Shown one piece after another: positions 10,060 through 21,500 of a stretch of DNA of 64,000 nucleotides (position 1 is its first letter; each line of letters begins with the position of its first letter). Below the pieces are notes generated by a model. It was not told the DNA's origin, searched no databases, and saw only the letters and a program-made list of their open reading frames with translations. The stretch is from Dehalococcoidia bacterium (lineage in GTDB: Bacteria > Chloroflexota > Dehalococcoidia > Bin125). The position numbers and the translations under genes are program-made. The DNA is taken from assembly GCA_965215375.1 (NCBI GenBank), contig CBDCDO010000001.1, forward strand, positions 1,120,717-1,184,716. The letters run 5' to 3'.

Positions 10060-11016
10060 ATGCGCAACTACATCTTTCGTCGATTGCTGCTACTGCCGAT
10101 CACGTTGCTGTTCCTCTCGATCTTCGTGTTCGCAATGATACGTCAGGTGCCGGGGTCGGTGATCGACGCACGACTTTCGGCGGGGTTTCCGGGTACCGCC
10201 AACGCGGACGACCGTGCCAAGCTGGAGGCGCATTTCGGTCTCGATGACCCGTTGCATGTCCAGTATGTCAATTGGATAGGTCAGGTGTTCACGGGGGATT
10301 TTGGTACATCGTGGCTGACCAAAGAGGACATCCTCGATAACTTCGGCCGTCGCATGCCGGTCACGATGGAGCTGTTGCTCCTCACGTTGCTAATCTATGT
10401 GCCGCTCGGCATAGGAACGGGGGTGTGGTCGGCTGTTCGCCAGAACCGAACTGACGACTACATTATTCGTTCGTTCACGATTCTCTTTCTCGCAATACCC
10501 AACTTTTGGTTGGCGACGCTAGCAATCGTTATTCCACTGGTGCTCTGGGGCTACGCCCCGCCGGTGCCGTATTCGCAGCTGTGGGAGGATCCCGCGAGGA
10601 ACATCGTGCAGATGATCGTGCCCGCGATCATCTCGGCGCTGGCCGGGGCTGCAGTACTCGGTCGGGTGGCGCGCTCGGAAATGCTGGAAGTACTTCGCCA
10701 GGACTACGTTCGCACGGCCTATGCCAAAGGCTTGACTGGGTACGTAGTAGTGATCCGTCACGCATTGCGAAACACGATGATTCCGCTGATCACGTTAATC
10801 GGACTCGTGTTTGCGACGGGCATCGCTGGTTCGGTGATCGTCGAGCAGATATTCGCGATACCAGGCATGGGTCGCTACTTCGTGCAGGCGGTGCTGACGA
10901 ACGATCTACCGGTCGTGCAGGTGTGGACCTTAGTCTTCGGCGCGGCGTTCATTCTGCTCAATCTACTGGTCGACATTAGCTACGGATTCTTTGACCCGAG
11001 GATTCGTGTCCAATGA
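10060..11016 (+). CDS. ABC permease, DppB/OppB family
   Basis: 'YIFRRLL', 'GLDDPLHVQYVNW..GDFGTS', 'RSEMLEVLRQDYVRTAYAKGL', 'DPRIR'. Confidence 0.95.
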   Translation: MRNYIFRRLLLLPITLLFLSIFVFAMIRQVPGSVIDARLSAGFPGTANADDRAKLEAHFGLDDPLHVQYVNWIGQVFTGDFGTSWLTKEDILDNFGRRMPVTMELLLLTLLIYVPLGIGTGVWSAVRQNRTDDYIIRSFTILFLAIPNFWLATLAIVIPLVLWGYAPPVPYSQLWEDPARNIVQMIVPAIISALAGAAVLGRVARSEMLEVLRQDYVRTAYAKGLTGYVVVIRHALRNTMIPLITLIGLVFATGIAGSVIVEQIFAIPGMGRYFVQAVLTNDLPVVQVWTLVFGAAFILLNLLVDISYGFFDPRIRVQ

Positions 11017-11903
11017 GTCAAGCGCAGCCCAACACAATCGTGTTCGATGAGTTCGGCATTGCCGAGAAGCCGCCCCGCAGCGTGCGCGCGCGTCGCCTTT
11101 TGCGACAGCATCCGCTGGGTGCCTTTGGTCTATTGCTTGTAGTCGTCGTGGTGTTTCTGGCTGCCTTCGGTCCATTGTTCGCCGGCGACGCCGACACGAT
11201 TTCGCCTGATATCCTCTACGGAATCAGCGGAGAGTATTGGTTCGGAACGGACCGGCTCGGTCGCGACTATCTGGCGCGAGTGGTCGCTGGGGCGCGGCTC
11301 TCGATGTCCTTGGCATTGGGCGCAATGGCAATCGGCGTGGGCACGGCGCTGGTTTGGGGAATGCTCTCGGCATACGCTCAGAAAACGTTCGACCTGCTCT
11401 CGCAGCGGGTGATCGACATGCTGCTCGCGTTTCCCGGTCTTGTCCTGCTGCTTCTATTGACGCAGGTGATCGGTCGGGGTTGGCAGTCTGTGGCACTCGG
11501 GATGGGAATCATCTTCGCAGTGAGCATGGTGCGGATCGTGCGTGCGAGCGCGCTCGCAACGCTCGCTGAAGCATATGTCGATTCTGCGCGCGTGGTAGGG
11601 GCGACACCGTATCGGATTCTGTGGCGGCACGTTCTGCCGAACATGGGACCGCCGTTGCTAATCTACGTGACGACACTACTCGGCGCGGCAATCCTGTTCG
11701 AGGGCGCGCTGTCCTTCCTTGGCCTCGGCGTGCCGCCGCCAGAGCCGTCGTGGGGACGCATGTTGGCTGAATCTCGGTCGCTTTGGAAGTGGCCGCACCT
11801 TAGCATTTTCCCCGGAGTCGCTATGACGATCGCGGTGCTTGGCTTCAACTTGGTTGGCGACTCGATCCGAGATATCTTCGACCCGCGCCTGCGTGGCGCT
11901 TAG
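11013..11903 (+). CDS. ABC permease, DppC/OppC family
   Basis: 'WFGTDRLGRD', 'YVDSARVVGA', 'LSFLGLGVPPPEPSWGRML', 'GDSIRDIFDPR'; ATGA overlap with the upstream permease. Confidence 0.95.
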   Translation: MSQAQPNTIVFDEFGIAEKPPRSVRARRLLRQHPLGAFGLLLVVVVVFLAAFGPLFAGDADTISPDILYGISGEYWFGTDRLGRDYLARVVAGARLSMSLALGAMAIGVGTALVWGMLSAYAQKTFDLLSQRVIDMLLAFPGLVLLLLLTQVIGRGWQSVALGMGIIFAVSMVRIVRASALATLAEAYVDSARVVGATPYRILWRHVLPNMGPPLLIYVTTLLGAAILFEGALSFLGLGVPPPEPSWGRMLAESRSLWKWPHLSIFPGVAMTIAVLGFNLVGDSIRDIFDPRLRGA

Positions 11904-12376
11904 GACAATCTCCGGCATCCGCGGAAGGGCCACCTTGCATGAACGACCGTCGTGTGACACTTATCCACCGTGGTGCGATAGCTATGCGTCGAGCCAAGCT
12001 GCGTTCAGTTGGTCGGGCGCGAGGTGCACCCTTTTGGCGCAGTAGGTGTAGAGCAGCTTGAAGACATTGGCCCGACGAACCCGCACGCCGTACGGCAGGC
12101 AGGATTCAACGCAGGCGGCATATCGACGTTGAGCTCGAGCGGGTTCTCCTCGCTATAGCTAGCCGCCGATAGCAACGCCAATGCCTGTTTCGGACGGTGT
12201 TGCTGAGCTTCTCCCAGTTCATCCTCTTAGGGCCATTCGCGTAGTCCGCTGGGCGATGTTCCAGAGTCGCGGAAGAAGGTCCAGTTACATCCAGCGAAGC
12301 AACACCGTCGTACCTCAATGCCGCCAGGTTGCGTCGATGTAGTGCCGTGCGTACACGGAAGTCGGCGAATGGGCCG

Positions 12377-12800
12377 TCAGTTAAGGAACAGAACGTGAAG
12401 TGCGGGCCGCCCTAGAGATTCGGTGGGGCGACCTGCTGGGCGTCCGTCCGAGAGCTTCAGTTCGAAGGGGCCGCTGCTAACCGACCGTTGCGTCAGGTCG
12501 AGATGCTGTGAATGGTAAGGCTCAATGCGCTCGACGGACTCATAGGCTGGCGCCTGACGACGTCCCGGCTCCACCAAAACTGCATATGACGATGCCACAT
12601 CGCCTGCGTCAAGCGTTCTGCCATCGGACGAGCGCAATGCTCATCACCCCAGCTCCGCCGGCGTATGCCGATCGAAGGACGTGTCTCCTGGCGAGTTGGA
12701 CATCGAGGGCCGAGCGCTGTTTTGTGCGCAGGTCAATCCATTCGACTTCAGTTCAGCGCACGCCGGCTTGCTCCGATAGTACAACGATATCCATCGTACG
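12377..12800 (-). pseudogene. Degraded remnant of a Tat-exported family-5 substrate-binding protein
   Basis: 'LARRHVLRSAYAGGAGVMSIALV' (Tat-like) followed in another frame by 'DGRTLDAGDVASSY..YESVERIE'; stops and frameshifts. Confidence 0.4.
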
Positions 12801-13194
12801 TTACGCGACGCTTATGGGCAACCGATGTAGACATAGCATTGCTAACCTCAATGCGTGAGTGTGCGCTCAACGACTACTTCGCAGAGGGTTCAACTCTCGG
12901 CTGAAGTGCCAAGCAGTCCCTTTGGTGCAGGCAGGCCAAGGCGACGAATACCGCTTGTCACGCAAGGTGCGCAGCACAATTGGACGGCGATGACCAGCGA
13001 TTAGGGTTCGGACTGCAGGTGGGCACATCGTGTCGTACCTTCGGATGCCAGTGTTGGTCAGATAGCGGGAGCGCACCTACCCCTTGAGCTCCTTCGCATC
13101 CTATTGCGCCAGAGAGGTGTACCCTATGAGCTGACTGACCAGCAGCGGCACGTCGAAGGCGGCATCTTTGGAAGCATGACGAAGAGACCATCAC

Positions 13195-14565
13195 ATGCTG
13201 GATACAAACAGCCTTTTGGGACGGCATCGCCTGATGCTATACGGGGTGGCGTCAGCGCTGCTGGTATTCCTCGTCATGTTTGGACAGACGGTCGCGGATG
13301 GTTCTCCATTGTCCCTGCAGGTGCGAGCCAGCCATGAGGTTTGCACCGCAGACTCCTTGACCGAAGTGACCTGGGACATCAACGGTGGCTCGGCGCCGTA
13401 TGTCCTCGCTGTGGACGGCAATAGAATTCCTAGCGGCCATACTAGTGCTAGCGTCAAATGCGGCCCGTTGCCTCCAGTCAAGCCGGGCGAGACGCCGACT
13501 AGGACCATCAACGCCCTGGTGACCGACGCTGGCGGCCAATTCGTTCGTCCCACCGTGCGAGTTGCCGTTGCTCCAGCGCTGAGCGCACCTCGGCTGGCCA
13601 CCCATCATATCTTTCAGCACACCCTCGTCCACGTCATTTACACGCAAGCCTTTTCGACCTGGACCCGCGGTGTGTCCAGCAACCAACTTGAACGGGAAGC
13701 ACCCTTCTACCTAGGCCGCTGGCGCATCGTGGGAACCGAATCCTGGAGCTACCAGCTCCTTCGCGTCGATTACCAGTCTTGGCATCCTATGCCGGAGATC
13801 CAAACTGAGTTCCCTGTGTTGAATCTGGAACCGTGGACCAAGATTGAAATGGGCGTAGCAGCCCTGCGGTCCGCTGTCGAGCAACAGGCGCCAGACGTGT
13901 TGCCCTGGTCTCAGACGCTCATGCTCACCACTTTGCAAACGCCGCAGAACGTGCAGGTCAGCGCCAGCCATGACACGGTCACGGTGAGTTGGGATGCGCA
14001 GCCGGACGAAACATTGTGGGACCTCCAGATCAGGGGTCCCGATGGAGAACGGTATGAGAGCCTGCTCGTCGAGCAGGGCAGCACCGGACAACACACCTAC
14101 ACTTTCAGGGGCCTACCAAGTCAAACTACGTATACCGTGCGAGTCAACAACAGCGAGCCGTTGGCCGAAACCCTGCCTCCGGGAACATTAGGCTACGTCG
14201 AACAGGAAGTACAAACCGGGACAGCTCCGCCGGGAACCAAGCCGCTGCCGAGAGGTCCGCAAAACGTTCGGATACGTGCGCTTGGCGATGCGATCCGAGT
14301 GACCTGGGATCGGCCGCACGACATAGATGAAGGTGATTTTCTTGTTAGCTTGGTCCTCGACGGCCGCCGCATAGATTCCGAATTCATCCCTTTTGATTGT
14401 CCCACGACAGTCACATTCAGCGGCTTGCAGCCTCAGACCGCCTACCGAGTCACGGTCCATCAAGGTGGGATCGTGGTGAAACAAGTGGTGCGAAATGTGC
14501 GAACGGCTGCCAGCGATCAGGCTCGGCTGCAAAGCGGTGAGGTGCCGTTCCCTGTTCGTTGGTAA
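13195..14565 (+). CDS. Secreted fibronectin type III domain protein
   Basis: N-terminal hydrophobic segment; 'PQNVQVSASHDTVTVSWD..FRGLPSQTTYTVRV' and 'PQNVRIRALGDAIRVTWD..FSGLQPQTAYRVTV'. Confidence 0.85.
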   Translation: MLDTNSLLGRHRLMLYGVASALLVFLVMFGQTVADGSPLSLQVRASHEVCTADSLTEVTWDINGGSAPYVLAVDGNRIPSGHTSASVKCGPLPPVKPGETPTRTINALVTDAGGQFVRPTVRVAVAPALSAPRLATHHIFQHTLVHVIYTQAFSTWTRGVSSNQLEREAPFYLGRWRIVGTESWSYQLLRVDYQSWHPMPEIQTEFPVLNLEPWTKIEMGVAALRSAVEQQAPDVLPWSQTLMLTTLQTPQNVQVSASHDTVTVSWDAQPDETLWDLQIRGPDGERYESLLVEQGSTGQHTYTFRGLPSQTTYTVRVNNSEPLAETLPPGTLGYVEQEVQTGTAPPGTKPLPRGPQNVRIRALGDAIRVTWDRPHDIDEGDFLVSLVLDGRRIDSEFIPFDCPTTVTFSGLQPQTAYRVTVHQGGIVVKQVVRNVRTAASDQARLQSGEVPFPVRW

Positions 14566-15522
14566 TCCACCGGCGTTTTGAGTTGCCAATCACCATAAGT
14601 GAACCGTATATCCACACGGTGGACCTTTGGGCGTGCCGCGCAGGAACAACTGAACAGCGCTTTCATGCTGCCCTCGATATCGGAAGACATCACAAGCATA
14701 CGCCTACCCTCACGTTCGGTGTGATCCTGTTTCCTCTGCTACCGATGTGAAATGTTGCTCAACCATAACCTCGCCTGCACGCGTGGCATTAACGAGTCTA
14801 GTGGAGGCACAGGTTGAGAGGGAAACGCACCTGCGGCAGAGCATTACAAGCATTGGACGACTCAACATCGAGCCTCATTTGGCTGGCGCGAGTGCCTTGG
14901 CAGCTCTTGGCTCTCATATGGCTCTTACTGGTAGAACAATGCAAATGGTCTCGTGGTCTCGGTATCACTCTCGAGGTCTGAGGAGACATGGCGTGAGCTG
15001 ACCGAATCCATGTCGCGGCCGAGTAAGGACCTGAGAACCATGCGGGAATCGTTGGGCTACGTGGGTGCGGGTGGAAGCTAAACCATTCGAAACCTTCAGC
15101 GTAGCTTAGATTCCCACGGCAGCAGCGTATACTTTAGTCCCAGCGTGGAACAGTATACCTATCCGAGTCTAGCGAGGCAGTAGATCCTGAGTAGGAATCG
15201 CCTCAGGAAGCTGGAACACTGATCAGTACCGAAGTCGTGATAGCAACACTGATTCTTTTGGTGATTAAGTGGGCTCCTCACCTCTTCGCCAAAGAAACTG
15301 GTCGCTTTGTAGGGTGGTTAGTCGAGCTGCTGATTGAGTGGACTTAGCGTTCGACTTGAGCGATGCCAAACTGACTTGAGTCCGGCTACACACTGGGTCG
15401 AGATAGCCTTTAGCAGCCCACCAGCTCACCCGCCTTGCCAGACCCGTGTCGTCCGCCTCGTAACTGAGCCGCGCGGGCGCGTTCTCAGTAGTCGGAACTG
15501 TGCTCAATGCTCACAACCTTCG

Positions 15523-15560
15523 GCACTCGTGATTCCGGCGTTTGCCGGAATCACGAGTGC
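15523..15560 (-). terminator. Perfect 17-bp-arm hairpin (REP-like/terminator) after the giant adhesin
   Basis: gcactcgtgattccggc-gttt-gccggaatcacgagtgc. Confidence 0.7.
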
Positions 15561-15593
15561 TAACGCTGTAACGACGAGTCATGTCAATACTGC

Positions 15594-18500
15594 CTAGTCG
15601 TCGTCGGTGATGGTCATGGTTGCTTTGCCCTGGACGATGCTTCCTCCCTCGGGATTCGACAGTTTCACTAGGAACGTTTCATCCGGCTCGGTATACTGGT
15701 CATCGTTCAGATATACCTCTGCCCATTTGCTGGTTTCACCGGGGGCAAAGACGAGCCAACCATTCATTCCCCAGAACTCGACTGCTTCCAGCGCCGGGTG
15801 GTTGGCGTTGAAGTCAAACCCGGTTTCCCACCGTACCTTTACTTCGTGGTCAACCGCCTGGGACAAGGTGACCTCGAATAACACTTCTCTGCCTTCTTGT
15901 CCCGATGCGCCTGCAATGGAGATACCGACCTCAGCTGGGGGAGCCGGGTCATCATCATCGGCCACCGCCGCTGTGGCTGCGCTGTTAGATGAGGACACGG
16001 TGTAGCCTGTCACGGTGTTCAGGGTGACTGTTACCGAACCGTCGGTCTCGTCCATGCTGTCGTCGCTGGTGGCGACGGACAGCGTGTAACTACCTGAAGT
16101 CGGGATGGTTACGGTTCGCGTGCCGGTGGTTACACCGTAGTCGCCGTTTCGTGAGACGTGCACGCTTACCGACTGGGCCGCGTACGGCGTCGGGTTGGCG
16201 GTGATGGTGAAGCTGGCGTTGCTGCCCTCTGTTATGTTGCCATCGCTGGCGATGCTGATTTCTGGCACATCGTTGTCGGACACTGCCGCTGTGGCTGCGC
16301 TGTTAGATGAGGACACGGTGTAGCCCGTCCCGGTGTTCAGGGTGACTGTTACCGAACCGTCGGTCTCGTCCGTGCTGTCGTCGCTGGTGGCGACGGTTAG
16401 CGTGTAACTGCCTGAAGTCGGGATGGTTGCCGTTCGCGCGCCAGTCGTAACACCGAAGTCGCCGCTTTGCGACACGTTCACAGTGACCGTCAAGGCCGCG
16501 TGAGGCGCTGGGCTGGCGGTGATGGTGAAACTGGCCGCGCTGCCTTCGTTGACGTCGCCATTGCTGGCGATGCTGACTTTTGGCGTAGGCGGCGTGGCCG
16601 GTTTGGCCGGCGGAGGCGGCGGAGCAGGCTCATCGCACTTCGCCCAGGCTTCCAGGGTTCGGGCTGTTCGATCCCAGCGGGTGTTCTTGAGCCAGTTGGA
16701 GACGGCGTTTGCCTGCTCCACAGTCATCGCTGTTTCGCCGGTGTCCTCGCCCAATGCAGCCAGGACGCGGTTCCAGCGCTTGATGCCCGCGGCGGCTTTT
16801 GAGGGGTCGAGGGCGTCTCGCCAGCCGGTGATCTCTGCCACCGAGATGGCGTCCGAAGGTAGGTTGCAGGATTGCTCAGGCTGCTTGGCCGGCGGATCGT
16901 CGTTGTCGGACACGGCCGCTGTGGCTGCGCCGTTGGACGAGGATACGGTGTAACCCGTGCCGGTGTTTAGTGTGGCCGTTACCGAACCGTCGGCTTCGTC
17001 CGCGCTGTCGTCGCTGGTGGCGACAGTGAGCGTGTACGTTCCGCTGGTCGGGATGGTTACTGTCCGTAGACCGGTGGTTACACCGTAGTCGCCGGTTTGC
17101 GAGACGTTCACGCTTACCGACAGGGCCGCGTACGGCGTCGGGTTGGCGGTGATGGTGAAGCTGGCGTTGCTGCCTTCGGTTATGTTGCCGCCGCTGGCGA
17201 TGCTGATTTGTGGTACGTCGTTATCGGACACGTCCGCTGTGGCTGCGCCGTTGCTCGAGGAGACGGTGTAGCCCGTTCCAGTGTTGACCGTTGCCGTTAC
17301 CGAACCGTCGGCTTCGTCCGCGCTGTCGTCGCTGGTGGCGACGGTCAGTGTGTAACTTCCTGAAGTCGGGATGGTTACCGTTCGCGCGCCAGTCGTAACA
17401 CCGAAGTCGCCGCTTTGCGACACGTTCACAGTGACCGTCAAGGCCGCGTGAGGCGTCGGGCTGGCGGTGATGGTGAAGCTGGCAGCGTTGCCTTCAGTCA
17501 CCTCGCCATTGCTGGCGATGCTGATTTCTGGCGTGGACGGCGTGGCTGGCGGATGCGGCGGAGCGGGTTCGTCGCACTGGGCCAAGGCTTCCAGTGTTCG
17601 GGCTGTTCGATCCCAGCGGGTGTTCTTGAGCCAGTTGGAGACGGCGTTTGCCTGCTCCGCGGTCATCGCTGTTTCGCCTGTGTTCTCGCCCAATGCGGCC
17701 AGGACGCGGTTCCAGCGTTTGATGCCCGCGGCCGCTTTGGTGGGATCGAGGGCGTCGTGCCAGCCGGTGATCTCGGCCACCGTTATGGCGTCGTCCGGCA
17801 AATCGCAGGTTTGCTCTGCCGCCTGGGCGCTGTCCGACCCCACGGACAATGTCGCCGTGCCGGCCAGGTTGGTCAACGTTTGCGTCTGGCCGTCGCCGTC
17901 CACGTATTCCGGCGTGACGGTGACCGTCAACGTTACGGCTTCCTGGGCGTTGTGCTGGATGGTTGCCGAGGTGTCCGTCACGCTCGGCACGATGCCGGTG
18001 TTGCTGTTCTGCGAACCGACGCTATCCCAGGACACTATGTAGGACGTCGCGTGCGGCACTGCGTCCCAAGAGACGCTGACGCTGGCAGCATCTACCGTTG
18101 CGAGCTGCACGTTCGAGACGGCAGTCGTGGGTATGGACAGCGGCTCGCTTTGCTGCGGCATGGGATCATCCACGTTGCCCACGGCGCCAGTCTGTAAACC
18201 GATCGCTTCGAAAATGTCCATTGCGGTGAACTTCAGGGGGTCAGGCAACCTTGCCCATCCGCCATCCGGCCAATCCCGACACCACGGACTCTTCTTGTCC
18301 TCGGTGACGCCTTCGCCGACCGCGATCCGGCGCTGCCTGCAGTCCAAGTCATCCCACCAATTTTCCGGCGTTGACAGATCCACCGTCTTTTCTGCGCCAC
18401 TCCGTTCGGCGTCCACCAGTTCACCGACTAACGCTCCCGCTCGGGCCCGGTTCTCCGCGCGCATCTTCGCGAAGGGCTTCGAGACTGACTGAGACAGCAG

Positions 18501-21500
18501 ATGCTCCCAGTCAGAGCCGGCGGCGACATCGCTGACCATACGCATCCGCGCCTGCTGGGACAGTCCGTCCCACCAGCCACTAGCAACCGCATACGTGGCA
18601 TCGTCCACGATCACGATTTCCGCAAACGTGGTCTCGCCCTCTTTCACCTTGAGCGTTGGCCACTCGGCGGCGGTGGTGTCTATCACGATGCGGAAGCGCT
18701 CGTTTTCGTCGTCAGTATCATTCCGCACTCCGATAGAGCCGGACCCTGAGGTTTCGCCTGCCAGCACCTCAACCAGCCAAGGTTTCTCGGGGTGGGGAGG
18801 TAGGATATCCGAGTGATCCATAATTCCCGCATACCCGGGACCAAGCATTGACTTATGCGGCACCAAATCTGGCCCGCATCGCTCAGTGCCATTATGGTCC
18901 CAGCAGTCGCTTTCATCGGCGGTGATGAATTGCAGATCAATCGGAATCTTCACGGTCTCAGGCAGCGGCTCTGACAGATGAATAGTGAAATTCACCCAAC
19001 CACCTTCGACCCAGGCGCTGTCCGCAGAAATGCTGACCCGAGGCTTGTTGTTGTTGCCGTCGTTGTCCTGGATGGTCCCGGTGGCGGTGGATTCACCCGT
19101 TGAGAGCACGGCTCCAACCGGGTCGGACAGCTCCACGAGGAACGTTTCGTCGTTCTCTTCCACGGCGTCGTCGGTGGTCTGGACTGAGACCTTGGCCATG
19201 CGCTGTCCGGCAGGTATGGTCACGATTTGAGCCGTGGTGACGGCGGTGTAGTCAGTACCGGCGGTCGCCCCTGTCGGAGGGGTAGCGTTGGCTGCTGCCG
19301 TATCGTCGGTGGTGCTCCACTTGAAGGTGACATCTTCCAGGGGCGTGTCCGACAGGTTGACGTTGAACAGGACGACGTTCTTTTCTACCGCCTTGCCATC
19401 CTCAATGGACAGCGTGGGGTAGTCGTCATTACCAATGGCGATGACCGCCACTGCCGTGTTGCCCGGCAGGTGAACGGTGCTGGCGCCCGCGCCCTGGAAG
19501 TTGAACGTCACTTCGCTCGTGCTTCCGGTCATCCCTTCGGTGAAGCTGAGCAGGAAGGTCTCGGCAGCCTCGAATTGTTCGTCCTCGGTGGTCGAGATGG
19601 TGAACGATTGGGCCGATCCGGTGGTTCCCGCAGTCCCCTCTGGCCAGGTGATGGCCGTGGGAGTCTCGGAAGGGGTGTAGTCAGTAGCATCGGCCCGGTT
19701 GGCGCCCTTCGTATCCTCTGCGGTGGCCCACTTCAGCGAAACCGGGGTCGTCTGGATGAACCTCGGCTGAAGCGTTACCTGAATGTCCTCACCCTCGACA
19801 GCCCCGTAGGGGCGCTGGTTCGGATCGGCGTGACAACAGCGACTGATGCTGACGTCGATCTCCGCGAATTTGATGTCGGTTACCGTTACCTGTACGCCTT
19901 GGGTGGCCGTGTTGCCGTCCTCGTCGATGACTCGCACATGCGTCTTGTAAGTGTTGTCTATACCCTGGTCGGCGGGATACTCGAAGTCTTGGGCCGACAG
20001 CGCCAGAACGCCCGTATCGGGATCGATGGTAAAGAGCGACGCGTCCTCTTTTTCCACCGACCAGGTCACGTCGCCGGCCGGGTCGCTGGCCGCAGTGAGC
20101 GCGGGAGTGATCGTCCAGTCGCTGCTCTCCTCCACTGTGGAGGCGGCAATTGGCTCGAGCGACACGGAATGGACATCGTCATCCCGAATGGAGATCAGCG
20201 TCAGCTTTCCGCCGGGCTGGCCGCGTGTTCGCCCGTCGAACCGGGGCTCGAGCTCTTCAGAATTGTGCCATTCTACTGATATGCCGATGTACTCGTCGTT
20301 TTCGACGATCGTGTCCTCGGTCGTGCTGATCGTGGCGGTGAGACTGGTATCGCCGGGCGATACTTCTAGCTCAATTGAATCGTCGAAGCTGGTGTAGTCA
20401 ACACCGGCGGTCGCCTCTGCCAGCGGCCACGTGTTCTCGGGGTAGACGTACAATTTACTGGCCCAAAGTGTATCGTCCGGGATCGGTGGGTCGAACTCGA
20501 AATGCAGCGTGACGTCGTCTCCCTCGTTCACCACCTGGTCGCGGATGATGAGACGGGGACGGCTATCGGTAATGGACTCCGTAATAGTAACGGTACCGAC
20601 GCCGCCCGCGGGGTGGACGTTAAGACCGTCGGACGGCTCGGAGAGCACGACGGTGAAGGTTTCAGTCCCTTCCTCCTCGGCGTCATCAATGATGGGCACG
20701 CTGATGGTTGCCTCGGTGGCGCCGGCAGGGAATTCCACCTTGTGTTTGAACTGTGGCCGGTAGTCCTGCCAGGCGATGGCGGTTCCGTCCTCCATCGACA
20801 CGAGAACCGTGTGATGCTTGGAAGCTGGCTCGCTCAAGCTCAGGGTTAGTTCGGCGGATCCGACGCTCTCATCCACGCTGATGTCGCTGATGGAGACCTG
20901 CGGGGTGTCATCGTCCACGATGGTCATGGTGATGTACTTAAACTTCCGCGACTCCGGGTCCAGGAACCAGCGTGAGTAATGGTTGAATCCTGTTGACTCC
21001 AGCAGGAACGTAAAGGTCTCGTTCTTTTCGGGACGGTTGTCGCCCATGATCGTCAGGTCGAAGCTCAGTTCGTACTGCTCCTTTTCGAACATCTCGAGCG
21101 TAAAGTCAGCACCATCGCCTCTGTTGTGGCACACAGGTAGGCGGTCTTTGCCGTAGGCCACGTCCCCCGGAACGTCTGCGGTGCTGCGGTAGTCCTCGAC
21201 ATTTGGTATTGCGAGCAGGGGCCAAATGTCATGTATCTCGGTGATGAAGCAGCCAATATAGGTGAAATGTGTGTGGAATCTCGGATCCTGTTGGCTCTCA
21301 ATCGGAGATGCGTCGGTGCGCTTCAGCTTGACGGTGACTCTCTTGTTCACATCGCCCTCCATCACGTAGGTGGGTGTTGAGTCGTCAATCCAGATGCTGT
21401 ACGCGTCATCGTCTTCGATGGTCGCGTATGCAGTGGAACGGAGCAGCGTGATGTCGGTATTTGAAGTGGTGATGACGACGCTGAAGTTTTCGTCCATTTC

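Noticed and set aside
11925-11935. gggccacc matching the tRNA-Glu 3' end as a possible att site
   Set aside because: Only 8 bp and in inverted rather than direct orientation
14570-15520. About 1 kb lower-GC intergenic stretch
   Set aside because: No recognisable ORF, RNA motif or repeat found; probably decayed DNA but not supportable as a feature
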